A stretch of 43,154 nucleotides of DNA from Candidatus Hadarchaeales archaeon (GTDB lineage: Archaea; Hadarchaeota; Hadarchaeia; Hadarchaeales; Hadarchaeaceae): assembly GCA_038851075.1 (NCBI GenBank), contig JAWCLG010000009.1, positions 1 to 43,154 on the forward strand, written 5' to 3'. The position numbers and the translations under genes were made by a program. The notes below the pieces were generated by a model. It searched no databases. It saw only the letters and a program-made list of their open reading frames with translations, and was not told the DNA's origin. Shown in pieces: positions 10,191 to 19,526 of this stretch. The stretch's first letter is position 1. Every line of letters begins with the position of its first letter.

Positions 10191-11071
10191 GCTTGGTTCT
10201 CTCCACGAGCCTTCCCGGGCTGCGCCTCTTCAAGAGGGGCAAGGTCAGGGACATGTATGACCTGGGAGACGACCTGCTGATGGTTGCCACAGACAGGATA
10301 TCGTGCTTTGATGTCGTTCTTTCCGAAGGGATTCCGCACAAAGGTGAGGTCCTGACTAAGATCTCATGCTTCTGGTTCAGGTTCACGGAGAAAATAGTTC
10401 CAAACCACCTCGTGACCTGCAGGTTCGAGGACTTTCCGAAAGAACTGAGAGAGCATGAGGTTCTCAGAGGAAGGTCCATGATTGTGAAGAAGACGAAACC
10501 GCTGCCGGTGGAGTGCGTGGTCAGAGGATACATCTCCGGATCGGCCTGGAAGGAGTACCAAAAACACGGTTCAGTATGCGGAATAAAACTTCCCTCCGGA
10601 CTTCGCGAGTCAGATCGCCTGCCCGAGCCGATATTCACTCCCGCAACGAAGGCGGAGGAGGGGCACGATCTGAATATAACCTTTGACGAGGCGGCAAGAA
10701 TGGTCGGGGGGGAACTGGCGTCGGAGCTGATGGAGAAGAGCATCGAGATTTACCGGGTTGCATCGAAATACGCCGAGAAGAGGGGAATAATAATCGCTGA
10801 CACGAAGTTCGAGTTCGGTCTGCGCGAGGGCAGGTTCATGCTAATAGACGAGCTTCTCACGCCGGACTCATCTCGTTTCTGGCCAGCGGACCGGTACTCT
10901 CCGGGCGGACCTCAGATCAGCTATGACAAGCAGTTCGCGAGGGATTATCTGGAGAGCACCGGATGGAACAAGTGCCCGCCTCCTCCAGGACTTCCGGAGG
11001 ATGTGGTGAGGGCAACGAGCAGGAAGTATATAGAGGCTCTGGAGAAATTAACAGGGGAGAGACTGGGATGA
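10187..11071 (+). CDS. purC: SAICAR synthetase
   Basis: [43 protein letters not shown]; ATGA overlap with pckG. Confidence 0.96.
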   Translation: MSLVLSTSLPGLRLFKRGKVRDMYDLGDDLLMVATDRISCFDVVLSEGIPHKGEVLTKISCFWFRFTEKIVPNHLVTCRFEDFPKELREHEVLRGRSMIVKKTKPLPVECVVRGYISGSAWKEYQKHGSVCGIKLPSGLRESDRLPEPIFTPATKAEEGHDLNITFDEAARMVGGELASELMEKSIEIYRVASKYAEKRGIIIADTKFEFGLREGRFMLIDELLTPDSSRFWPADRYSPGGPQISYDKQFARDYLESTGWNKCPPPPGLPEDVVRATSRKYIEALEKLTGERLG

Positions 11072-12270
11072 GGTCCAAATCTCCGCTTTCGAAGAGGGCG
11101 CTCTCGATATCGCCTTCCATGACCCTCGGAATTTCTGCAAAGGCCAAGGAGCTGGCCGCCAGCGGAGTGAATGTCGTAAACCTGAGCGCCGGAGAGCCCG
11201 ACTTTGACACGCCCGACAACATAAAGGATGCAGCCAAGAGGGCCATTGACTCCGGATTCACGAAATACACTGCGACCGGCGGAATCGCGGAGCTCAAGAA
11301 AGCGATATGTGAAAAGCTGAGGAGGGAAAACGGACTTGAGTACGGCCCCAAAGAGGTCCTGATCTCGTGCGGCGCCAAGCACTCCATATTCAACGTCCTG
11401 CTCGCCATGTGTGACGAAGGGGATGAGGTGATAATCCCGTCTCCTTACTGGACCAGCTATCCTGAGATGGTAAAACTGGCCGGAGGTAACCCGGTGATAG
11501 TGGAGACCGGAGACACTGGCTTCAAGATCACTCCAGAGCGGCTGGAAGCATCAATCACCAGAAAGACAAAGATTGTGATAATAAACTCTCCCTGCAACCC
11601 GACGGGCGCGGTTTACTCCGGCAGGGAGCTGGAGGCGCTCGGAGAAGTTCTGGTCAGGCACGGCGTCTACTGCATATCCGATGAGATATATGAGAAGCTG
11701 ATATACGACGGACTGAAACACGTGAGCATAGCTTCATTGGGACGTGACCTGAGGGAGCTTACGGTGGTCATCAATGGGGTTTCGAAGACGTACTCCATGA
11801 CCGGATGGAGAATCGGATACGCCGCGGGGCCCGCCGAGATAATCAGGGCGATGGACGACGTTCAGGGACACTCCACATCAAACCCGACCTCCTTCTGTCA
11901 GAAGGCCGCGCTGGAGGCGCTCACCGGAGATCAGAAAAGCGTCGAAATGATGAAGGCGGAGTTCGAGCACAGAAGGGACTATATATCCGAAAGGCTGAGT
12001 GCGATGGAGGGAATAGAGTTGTTCAGGCCCCAGGGAGCTTTTTACGCCTTTGCGGACATCTCTGCGTTCATCGGAAGGTCCATCGGGGGGAAGTTGGTTG
12101 ATGGATCGTGCGCTTTCGCGGATGAGCTACTGAGCCGTGGAAAAGTTGCCGTTGTCCCGGGGGCGGCATTCGGCGACGACAGCGCGATCAGGATTTCGTT
12201 CGCGGCTTCGATGGAAGAGATAAAGAACGGCATGGACAGGCTGGAGAATTTTCTGAATACTCTGAAGTGA
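11068..12270 (+). CDS. aspC: Class I/II PLP aminotransferase, aspartate aminotransferase-like
   Basis: [32 protein letters not shown]; start reset to ATG 11068 (ATGA overlap with purC). Confidence 0.88.
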   Translation: MRSKSPLSKRALSISPSMTLGISAKAKELAASGVNVVNLSAGEPDFDTPDNIKDAAKRAIDSGFTKYTATGGIAELKKAICEKLRRENGLEYGPKEVLISCGAKHSIFNVLLAMCDEGDEVIIPSPYWTSYPEMVKLAGGNPVIVETGDTGFKITPERLEASITRKTKIVIINSPCNPTGAVYSGRELEALGEVLVRHGVYCISDEIYEKLIYDGLKHVSIASLGRDLRELTVVINGVSKTYSMTGWRIGYAAGPAEIIRAMDDVQGHSTSNPTSFCQKAALEALTGDQKSVEMMKAEFEHRRDYISERLSAMEGIELFRPQGAFYAFADISAFIGRSIGGKLVDGSCAFADELLSRGKVAVVPGAAFGDDSAIRISFAASMEEIKNGMDRLENFLNTLK

Positions 12271-12279
12271 GGTGATGAG

Positions 12280-13536
12280 GTGCCCAAGATTTACATCATA
12301 GACGTGACGAACAGGGACGGCGTCCAGACATCGCGGATATGCCTCTCAAAGCTGCAGAAGACCATGATAAACTTCTACATGAGCAAGATGGGAGTATTCC
12401 AGTCCGAGTTCGGTTTCCCCATAACTCACCACGAGACGAACTATCTAAACGCGAACCTAGAGCTTCAGAGGATGGGAGTCTTCGGGGACATGAGGCTCGG
12501 GGGTTGGCTGAGGGCGATAGAGAAGGACGTGAAGTTGACGTTCGAGCTGGTTCCGGAAATAAAGCATCTGAACCTCTCCATATCCACATCGGATCAGATG
12601 ATCATGCACAAGTTCCAGGGCAGGCTCGATCATAAACGGATAATAAATGAAACGGTGGCCGCGGTGAAGCTCGCGAAGGAGATGGGCGCGGAAACAGTCG
12701 GGGTGAACGCCGAGGACGCGTCCAGGACCAGGATGGAATATCTGATTGAATTCACCAACGCGGTTAAGGACGCAGGAGCGGACAGGTTGAGGTACTGCGA
12801 TACTATCGGTTACGACAGCCCATTTTCCATATACGAGAGGGTGAAGAGACTGGTCGAAGAAACTAAAATGCCTGTTGAGATACACTGCCACAACGACCTG
12901 GGCCTGGCGGTCGCAAGCTCCGTCGCCGGGGCGATGGCTGCTAACGACGCCGGTTGCGACGCGTACATAAATACCTGCGTAAACGGGATGGGCGAGAGAG
13001 CAGGAAACGCAGACATGGTTGCGGTCATTCTCGCGATAAAATACGGGAGCGGCATTCAGGGAAAGTACATCCTTGACGAGAGGATCAACCTGAAGATGGC
13101 ATGGAAGACCTGCAAGTACGCGGCCTACGCCTTCGACGTTCCCATTCCGATAAATCAGCCTGGGGTCGGTGCAAACGCGTTCGCGCACGAGTCAGGAATA
13201 CACGCGGATGGTGCCCTGAAGGACAGAAGGAACTATGAGCTCTATGACTTCGAGGAGCTCGGAAGGGGCGAACCCGAGATAATAGAGACTGGACGCCAGA
13301 TAACGGTCGGAGAGTACTCCGGCATAAAGGGTTTCAGGAACGTTTACGAAAAGCTCGAGGTAGAGTTCAAGGACGAAAAGACGGCAACCGAAATTCTGGA
13401 GCTCGTAAGATACGCGAACGTGCACAATCAAAAGCCCCTCACCGCGGACGAGCTGAAGTTCATCGCCGCTTACCCGGAGATATGCAGAAAGATACTGACG
13501 ATGAGTCCGTGGAAGCCGGATTGCCCCTCAGATTGA
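12280..13536 (+). CDS. LeuA/homocitrate synthase family DRE-TIM enzyme, probably Re-citrate synthase
   Basis: DVTNRDGVQT, EIHCHND, NGMGERAGNA, AHESGIHADG; no LeuA regulatory domain. From memory it closely resembles the Dehalococcoides Re-citrate synthase. SD GAGGTGATGAG precedes the GTG. Confidence 0.75.
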   Translation: MPKIYIIDVTNRDGVQTSRICLSKLQKTMINFYMSKMGVFQSEFGFPITHHETNYLNANLELQRMGVFGDMRLGGWLRAIEKDVKLTFELVPEIKHLNLSISTSDQMIMHKFQGRLDHKRIINETVAAVKLAKEMGAETVGVNAEDASRTRMEYLIEFTNAVKDAGADRLRYCDTIGYDSPFSIYERVKRLVEETKMPVEIHCHNDLGLAVASSVAGAMAANDAGCDAYINTCVNGMGERAGNADMVAVILAIKYGSGIQGKYILDERINLKMAWKTCKYAAYAFDVPIPINQPGVGANAFAHESGIHADGALKDRRNYELYDFEELGRGEPEIIETGRQITVGEYSGIKGFRNVYEKLEVEFKDEKTATEILELVRYANVHNQKPLTADELKFIAAYPEICRKILTMSPWKPDCPSD

Positions 13537-13634
13537 CCGGGTTATGCGGGATGCGACATCTATAAATAAGCCTGCAGCATAGGAAAAAAGGGAGGTTGGG
13601 CCTTCGAGAGGGTGACGTCCTCCGAGGTGTCCCA

Positions 13635-13820
13635 ATGGCGCATATGGCGGAAGAAGGGTGGGAAAGATATGTTGCTCACCTTTTGGATCACGGTCAGTCA
13701 CTTTTCGGAGACCGAAAGGAACCAGATCTGGGCTCATCGAAGCTTGAGGGCTGGCAGAAGTACATAGCGGAGAGAATGGCTGAGGGCAAGTATTACATTG
13801 AGAAAAAGGCGAAGAAGTGA
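13635..13820 (+). CDS. Small hypothetical protein (61 aa) with an internal EGWxxY[VI]A repeat
   Basis: TATAAATA at 13561, SD GAGGTG at 13624-13629 before ATG 13635. Confidence 0.6.
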   Translation: MAHMAEEGWERYVAHLLDHGQSLFGDRKEPDLGSSKLEGWQKYIAERMAEGKYYIEKKAKK

Positions 13821-13872
13821 AGGTGGCAACGCCTGGGCTAGAATTGACGTGGCATTGCTTCAATCGGAAAAC

Positions 13873-14673
13873 TCAAATTTTCATGATAAATGGTCTCCCG
13901 TTGTTGAGATTCGGACTAAGCGCCAGCGCCTTACCATCCTCGAGTTCCATTATCTTCTTTGAATCCTCTCCAAAGAAAACCTCGGCCGCCTTCACCTCAG
14001 AGGGGCCGCCCCCCATGTGGATCAGCGTCCATATGTTGCTGAGGGTCTCGCTGTTTATGTTCCCGATCATCGCAGATGTCAGGACGATGCCCCTGCCGAA
14101 CTTTCTGAGTTCCCTAACACCGCGCTCCAGCCACAGGATCCCCGGGGACCTGAAAAGGCCGTGCTCGAGCGGTATCTCCTCGAATGGGCCCTTGAAAGAC
14201 AGCGGTGCGATCAGGTCGTAAACCCCGTCCAGGATCAGAAGAAGCTCGAGCTTCGATGTTTCGTTCTCTATGGTCCCGAAAATGCTCCTTCCGACATCTT
14301 CAAGAAATGAGTCGATCTCCCGTGGCCCGATCCCCCTGAGTTCAAAAACGGCGCACGACCCGGCTGTTTTACCAACCGCTTCACGCAGGGCAAACTCGCG
14401 AGGGGGGCTGTTGAAAATCCTGACATCTTTCCTTTGCTGAAGAGCCGCGGCCCATCCTCCGACCGCGCTTATCACGAGCACGTTCCTCCTGAGCCTCAGA
14501 GTTTCTGCCGCGATTTTTTGAGCCAGCGCCGTTCTACTCTCCTGCGTTCCTCCGCAGATGAGAGCATGAGTGGTCAGGTCGTTTATCTGAAAAAGCGCCG
14601 GCTGATTGACCCCTGGAAAAGGCTGCATTGTTCCAAGTTCAATGCAGTTCCTGTACTGGTTTTTATTTCTCAC
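13873..14673 (-). CDS. HerA/VirB4-like P-loop fold protein with degenerate Walker motifs
   Basis: LTTHALICGGTQESRT (Walker A position), LLLILDGVY (Walker B position), VRELRKFGRGIVLTS (HerA arginine-finger region). Confidence 0.65.
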   Translation of the reverse strand: MRNKNQYRNCIELGTMQPFPGVNQPALFQINDLTTHALICGGTQESRTALAQKIAAETLRLRRNVLVISAVGGWAAALQQRKDVRIFNSPPREFALREAVGKTAGSCAVFELRGIGPREIDSFLEDVGRSIFGTIENETSKLELLLILDGVYDLIAPLSFKGPFEEIPLEHGLFRSPGILWLERGVRELRKFGRGIVLTSAMIGNINSETLSNIWTLIHMGGGPSEVKAAEVFFGEDSKKIMELEDGKALALSPNLNNGRPFIMKI

Positions 14674-14736
14674 ACTACTGGTTATCTAACCAACGTCTCT
14701 TAAAATAATCCGGTGCTGGGTTCTCACAGTAAGTTC

Positions 14737-14840
14737 TGGTGCGGGGGGCAGGATTCGAACCTGCGAAGCCCCTTGGGGCACAGGATCTCCCAGCCGTGCT
14801 CTTAAGTCCTGCCCTTTAGACCAGGCTCAGGCACCCCCGC
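14737..14840 (-). tRNA. tRNA-Leu(UAA) with 14-nt intron at 37/38 (14787-14800), CCA encoded
   Basis: GCGGGGGTGCCTGAGCCTGGTCTAAAGGGCAGGACTTAAG[AGCACGGCTGGGAG]ATCCTG...GTTCGAATCCTGCCCCCCGCACCA; long variable arm; bulge-helix-bulge can form. Confidence 0.93.
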
Positions 14841-14871
14841 CCGATTATCCATCTGTGGCGCTCCAATAAAA

Positions 14872-14973
14872 CTAACGAGACCTGTGGGCCTTCCTGTAGA
14901 CGGACCGGTACTTTTTCCTTCTCAGTTTCTTCTCAAGTTTTCTTTCCAAATCATCCGGGTTGACGCACGGCAT
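14872..14973 (-). CDS. Putative small basic peptide (33 aa, MPCVNPDDLERKLEKKLRRKKYRSVYRKAHRSR)
   Basis: Fills the gap between arsC and the tRNA; TTAAATAA on the minus strand about 30 nt upstream; below the ORF-track cutoff. Confidence 0.4.
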   Translation of the reverse strand: MPCVNPDDLERKLEKKLRRKKYRSVYRKAHRSR

Positions 14974-15046
14974 TGATATTCCGACTAAAAACTCGCGCCT
15001 GACTTATTTAACGATTGAGCACAAAATCAGGTCATGAGGATGCGCC

Positions 15047-15469
15047 ATGGCGGAGAGAAAAAAAGTCCTGTTCATATGCACGCATAACTCCGCGCGATCT
15101 CAGATGGCGGAGGGATTGCTCAGATCGATGTACGGGGATTCTTATGAGGTCAGAAGCGCCGGAACAAAGCCCGCCGGAGTTCATCCGCTCGCGGTCAGAG
15201 TGATGGCGGAGATAGGCATTGACATATCAGGGCACCGGTCCAAGAGCGTGATGGAGTTCCTGAATGATAGTTTCGATTACGTTGTCACAGTCTGCGATAA
15301 AGCCAGCGAGTCGTGTCCGTTCTTTCCGGGCGCTGGAGAATACATCCACATGAGCTTTGAAGATCCTGCGGCAGCGGGCGGCGGCGAAGAGGAGGCTCTG
15401 AGGGTCTTCAGAAGGGTCAGGGATGAAATAAAGGAGTGGCTCAGGGAAACATTCGGGAACAGACGGTAA
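15047..15469 (+). CDS. arsC: Arsenate reductase, thioredoxin-coupled LMW-PTP family
   Basis: CTHNSARSQMAE P-loop, VTVCD...CPFFP cysteine pair, FEDP. Confidence 0.88.
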   Translation: MAERKKVLFICTHNSARSQMAEGLLRSMYGDSYEVRSAGTKPAGVHPLAVRVMAEIGIDISGHRSKSVMEFLNDSFDYVVTVCDKASESCPFFPGAGEYIHMSFEDPAAAGGGEEEALRVFRRVRDEIKEWLRETFGNRR

Positions 15470-15519
15470 ACGTGTTTAAACCTTTTTTATGAGCCCATGC
15501 AGAGTTGATAGTGAGGAAA

Positions 15520-15960
15520 ATGCCAAGGCTCGAGGCCGGAGAAGCCAGCATATGTGTCGGGGCGCTCATGATATCTCTGTGCGCTGTTTATGTGGCGCTC
15601 ACATATTTCAACATTCTGCCGGAGCAGCAGTGGATATTTCCGTGGCTGACTAACTATGCGATCTGCTGCATCCTGCTGGTGGCCGGTCTCCTTTTGCTGG
15701 AATACGGGATTTATCACAGATTCGTGGTGCGCAGATATGCTGCGAGTGTCAAGAAAATGGAAGAGGCGACCGTGGAAAGCGAGGAAAGGCTCAGACAGAG
15801 GGAAATGGAGCTCCATCTCATCAGAAACAGGCTGCGCTCTACCGAAAGAAAGGTGGAGAGGAAGGGGCGGCAGATTCGCAGGGTTAGCGGAAGGCTTGGT
15901 GACAGGACAAGGCGGCTGAAGGAGATCGAGAGGCTGGCGAGGATAAGGAAGAGAAGATAG
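15520..15960 (+). CDS. Hypothetical membrane protein: two TM helices and an Arg-rich coiled-coil tail
   Basis: Two hydrophobic segments then a charged helix; SD-like GTGAGG before ATG 15520 (alternative TTG 15505). Confidence 0.65.
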   Translation: MPRLEAGEASICVGALMISLCAVYVALTYFNILPEQQWIFPWLTNYAICCILLVAGLLLLEYGIYHRFVVRRYAASVKKMEEATVESEERLRQREMELHLIRNRLRSTERKVERKGRQIRRVSGRLGDRTRRLKEIERLARIRKRR

Positions 15961-15983
15961 ATACCGCTGGATTGAGGGCATGT

Positions 15984-16071
15984 TGGTGCGGGGGAGGGGA
16001 TTCGAACCCCCGAACCCCTTCGGGACCAGACCCTGAATCTGGCGCCTTTGACCTGGCTTGGCAACCCCCGC
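15984..16071 (-). tRNA. tRNA-Leu(CAG), CCA encoded
   Basis: GCGGGGGTTGCCAAGCCAGGTCAAAGGCGCCAGATTCAGGGTCTGG...GGTTCGAATCCCCTCCCCCGCACCA. Confidence 0.95.
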
Positions 16072-16149
16072 ACAAAAACATTCAGCATCGGCAATAATTT
16101 AAATCAGTGGGGAAATATAATTTAGTCCAAGTCAGGGGTGAGGAAAACA

Positions 16150-17319
16150 TTGCCTGAAACGGATATAATAATATGGGTAGTCGGGCTGATGGTCCTCAGC
16201 TTCGTATACGTACTGATAACGCCGCAGCTTCTCAGCCTTCAGGCCAGGGTGGGTCTGGGCCAGCTGAGGAAGTCGGTTAAGGAAGTCGAAGGGTGGGCCA
16301 TTGAGAGCAGAAAAATTGCACTGGACGCCATAACTAAGCACGGAAAGCCAAAGCGGGACGTTGAGAAAGAGCTGGACAATCTTTTAGAGTTCTTTGAGAT
16401 ATATCCGGTCAGCGAAGATCCTGTCGGAGTGCTCAGCAGGCTGGAGCACCTTCTTGATGTCAGAAAGAAAAGGTTCGAGGGCGCGATCTCCAGATTTGTC
16501 CCGAACGCGGACCCGGAAACCGCTGCCAATCTGGAAATGGTGGTCGAGGGAGCCATGGCAAACCGCACCCTTTACAGGATCCTCAGGCACTACATGCTGC
16601 TGGCCGAAAAGACGAAGAACATGCAGCTGGTCATGGTTGTGCAGATGAACGTTCCCTTCCTGAAGGAATACGCTAAGGCTTTCCTGGAGGCCACAAAGAC
16701 CTTTGCTGATGGAAAGCCCATAGGCGACGGCGTAGGGCCCCTCTGCGTGGTGAAGTTCTCAGACGGCGCGAAATGGAAGGAGGGAGTTGAGGACACGGTC
16801 TACGCCGAGACGAAGTTTGAGGGCAGGAATATCATTCTGATAAAAGCCAGAGGACCAGGCGGCAGGGTGGGCAAGCCCGGCGAGCTGATAAAGCAGATAC
16901 TCGGGAAGAGAAGGGTCAGCAGGATAATAATGATCGATGCGGCCGGCAAGCTCGAGGGCGAGAGAAGCGGAGATGTGATAGAGGGAGTCGGCGCAGCTAT
17001 AGGCGGACCGCCGACTGAAAAGTATAAGATAGAGGAGTGTGCTACTAAGCGGAAAATTCCTGTGGATGCGATTGTGATAAAAGAGTCGTTCGTTGAGGCC
17101 GTGAAGCTGATGCACAGGGATCTCGCGAAGGGGGCTGAGGTGGCGTCAGAGGTGGTGAAGAAGGCGATAAGGGAACGGACCAAGAAAGGGGACACGGTGA
17201 TAGTGGCCGGAATAGGGAACACCATAGGAATAGGGCAGAAGCTGGATGAGATACCTAAAGAGTTTCCGCAGGCTAAGAAGAGCAAGGAAGAAATAGAGTC
17301 CATGGTTCTTCCGATTTGA
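16150..17319 (+). CDS. DUF1512-family archaeal membrane-anchored protein
   Basis: N-terminal TM, DPVGV..RLEHLL, PIGDGVGP, GPGGRVG, IDAA.KLEGE, GIGNTIGIG; TTG 16150 after GGGGTGAGG (alternative GTG 16138). Confidence 0.8.
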   Translation: MPETDIIIWVVGLMVLSFVYVLITPQLLSLQARVGLGQLRKSVKEVEGWAIESRKIALDAITKHGKPKRDVEKELDNLLEFFEIYPVSEDPVGVLSRLEHLLDVRKKRFEGAISRFVPNADPETAANLEMVVEGAMANRTLYRILRHYMLLAEKTKNMQLVMVVQMNVPFLKEYAKAFLEATKTFADGKPIGDGVGPLCVVKFSDGAKWKEGVEDTVYAETKFEGRNIILIKARGPGGRVGKPGELIKQILGKRRVSRIIMIDAAGKLEGERSGDVIEGVGAAIGGPPTEKYKIEECATKRKIPVDAIVIKESFVEAVKLMHRDLAKGAEVASEVVKKAIRERTKKGDTVIVAGIGNTIGIGQKLDEIPKEFPQAKKSKEEIESMVLPI

Positions 17320-17336
17320 GTCTCCGGGGTGATGCT

Positions 17337-19526
17337 ATGAGAAGATACAAACACATAGGCGAAGTTCAGAAAACCATGTGGGAGCCGAATAGAATCAGGA
17401 ACATCGGAATAGTCGCCCACGTGGATCACGGCAAGACGACGCTGACCGACTCACTCGTGGCCGCCTCAGGAATAATAAGCTACGATCTTGCAGGTGAGCA
17501 GCTCTTCACAGATTTTCTGGAAATAGAGCAGCAGCGCGGCATAACGGTTCAGACATCGGCGGTCAGCCTCTCCCACCACTATGAGGGCCAGGACTATCTG
17601 ATAAATCTGATGGACACGCCAGGTCACGTTGACTTCACCGGGGACGTGACCAGAGCCCTGAGGGCCATAGATGGAGTGGTAGTGGTGATGGACGCCGTGG
17701 AAGGAATAATGCCTCAGACGGAGACGGTGGTAAGGCAGGCGCTGCAGGAGTTCGTGCGCCCCGTTCTATACATAAATAAGGTCGACCGCCTCATAAACGA
17801 GCTCAGGCTGACACCCGACGTCATGCAGGCGCGCTTCATGAAGCTCATAACGAAGTTCAACGACCTCATCAGGAGATTTGCGAGAAAGGATGTTGCCGAG
17901 AAATGGCAGGTCAAGGTCGAGGACGGGTCCGTGGCGTTCGGGTCCGCAAAGCAGAAGTGGGCGCTCTCATTCCCGCAGATGAAAAAGAAGAACATCAGCT
18001 TCAAGGACGTCATTCAGGCATGTCAGGAGGGAAAACAGGACGAACTGGCGCGGAAGAGCCCGGTCTACGAGGTGGTCCTCGACATGGTCATAAGGCACCT
18101 CCCCAACCCGAAGGACGCACAGGCGCAGAGAATACCCGTGATATGGAAGGGGGATCTGGAGAGCGAGCTCGGGAAGAACATGCTCGGCGCAGATCCGAAC
18201 GGAAAACTCTGCATGGTCATAACCGACATAATAGTTGACGAACAGGCCGGAGTGATATCAACGGGAAGGATATTCTCCGGGACATTGGAGAAGGGCAAGA
18301 CCGTGAGGCTGGTCGGGTCAGGACAGGAGGCGAGGATACAGCAGGTGAACGTGTACATGGGTCCAGACAGGGTTATGGTCGACAAGGTGCCGGCCGGGAA
18401 CATCGGAGCGGTCATCGGCCTGAAGGACGCATACGTAGGTGAGACGTTGATCGAGGCTGGCACCGAAGGGAGAGGGTTCGAGGAGCTGCGTTACATAAGC
18501 GAGCCCGTTGTCACAGTTGCAATCGAGACCAAGAACTTTCAGGACCTCCCAAAGCTCGTTAACGCGCTCAAGAACATCTCGCGCGAGGACCCCAACGTGA
18601 AGGTAAAGATAAACGAGGAGACCGGGGAGTACCTGATCTCAGGCATGGGCGAGGTCCACCTTGAAATAGTGCAGTACAAGCTCAAGGAGGCGGGACTGGA
18701 GGTCAAGACTTCCGAGCCCATAGTGGTCTACAGGGAGACCGTTACATCTCAGGCAGGTCCGGTTGAGGGAAAGTCACCCAACAGACACAACCGCTTCATG
18801 ATATCTGTGGAGCCGCTCGAGCCCGAGGTGGCAAAGGCGATCGAGGAGGGCAGGATAAGCGAGAAGATGGAAAGGAAGGAACTCGCCACGGCGCTCAGGG
18901 ATCTGGGCTGGGAGACGCACGCTGCCAGGAACGTTGTTTCGATGATAGGGCCTAACGTGCTTGTCGACATGACTAAGGGAGTTCAGTACATGCGGGAGGT
19001 AGAGGACTACATCATCGAGGCTTTCAAGGAGGTCGTGGAGGAAGGCCCGATAATGAGGGAGCCGATGAGGATGATGAAGGCGATGATAACTGACGCGACG
19101 TTGCATGAGGACTCCGTGCACAGAGGGCCCGCACAGATAATACCGGCGGTGAGGCGCCCGCTGCAGGCCGCCGTGTTGCTCGCCAATCCGACCGTTCTTG
19201 AGCCGATACTGAAGCTCGAGGTGCGAGTGCCGCAGGAGTTCATGGGAGGCGCCACCAAGGTTATTCAGAGCAGAAGGGGAAGGGTTCTGAGCATGGAGAT
19301 GGACGAGGATCTTACGATAATCAAGGCATCGCTACCGGTAGCCAACTCGTTTGGACTTGCCGCGGAGCTCAGGTCGGAGACAGAGGGCAGGGCGATATGG
19401 GCAACCGAGTTCGACAAGTTTGAGGAGCTGCCCAGAGAGCTGCAGGCTCAGGTGATAAGGGACACCAGGAACAGAAAGGGATTGAAGCCGGAGCCACCGC
19501 AGCCGGAAGAGTTCATGGAGAAGTGA
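17337..19526 (+). CDS. fusA: Translation elongation factor aEF-2
   Basis: AHVDHGKTT, RGITV, DTPGH, NKVD, diphthamide loop HEDSVHRGPAQ; SD GGGGTGAT before ATG 17337. Confidence 0.96.
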   Translation: MRRYKHIGEVQKTMWEPNRIRNIGIVAHVDHGKTTLTDSLVAASGIISYDLAGEQLFTDFLEIEQQRGITVQTSAVSLSHHYEGQDYLINLMDTPGHVDFTGDVTRALRAIDGVVVVMDAVEGIMPQTETVVRQALQEFVRPVLYINKVDRLINELRLTPDVMQARFMKLITKFNDLIRRFARKDVAEKWQVKVEDGSVAFGSAKQKWALSFPQMKKKNISFKDVIQACQEGKQDELARKSPVYEVVLDMVIRHLPNPKDAQAQRIPVIWKGDLESELGKNMLGADPNGKLCMVITDIIVDEQAGVISTGRIFSGTLEKGKTVRLVGSGQEARIQQVNVYMGPDRVMVDKVPAGNIGAVIGLKDAYVGETLIEAGTEGRGFEELRYISEPVVTVAIETKNFQDLPKLVNALKNISREDPNVKVKINEETGEYLISGMGEVHLEIVQYKLKEAGLEVKTSEPIVVYRETVTSQAGPVEGKSPNRHNRFMISVEPLEPEVAKAIEEGRISEKMERKELATALRDLGWETHAARNVVSMIGPNVLVDMTKGVQYMREVEDYIIEAFKEVVEEGPIMREPMRMMKAMITDATLHEDSVHRGPAQIIPAVRRPLQAAVLLANPTVLEPILKLEVRVPQEFMGGATKVIQSRRGRVLSMEMDEDLTIIKASLPVANSFGLAAELRSETEGRAIWATEFDKFEELPRELQAQVIRDTRNRKGLKPEPPQPEEFMEK

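Noticed and set aside
10963-11067. N-terminal extensions of aspC (and of hydG at 30119-30226)
   Set aside because: They overlap upstream genes; ATGA-coupled starts at 11068 and 30227 fit the family N-termini
15047-15469. Arsenic-resistance island
   Set aside because: arsC is solitary; no arsR, acr3/arsB or arsA nearby
14737-16071. Two similar tRNA-Leu 3' ends flanking arsC as attL/attR of an integrated element
   Set aside because: Both are complete tRNAs with different anticodons, the similarity is ordinary isoacceptor conservation, and there is no integrase
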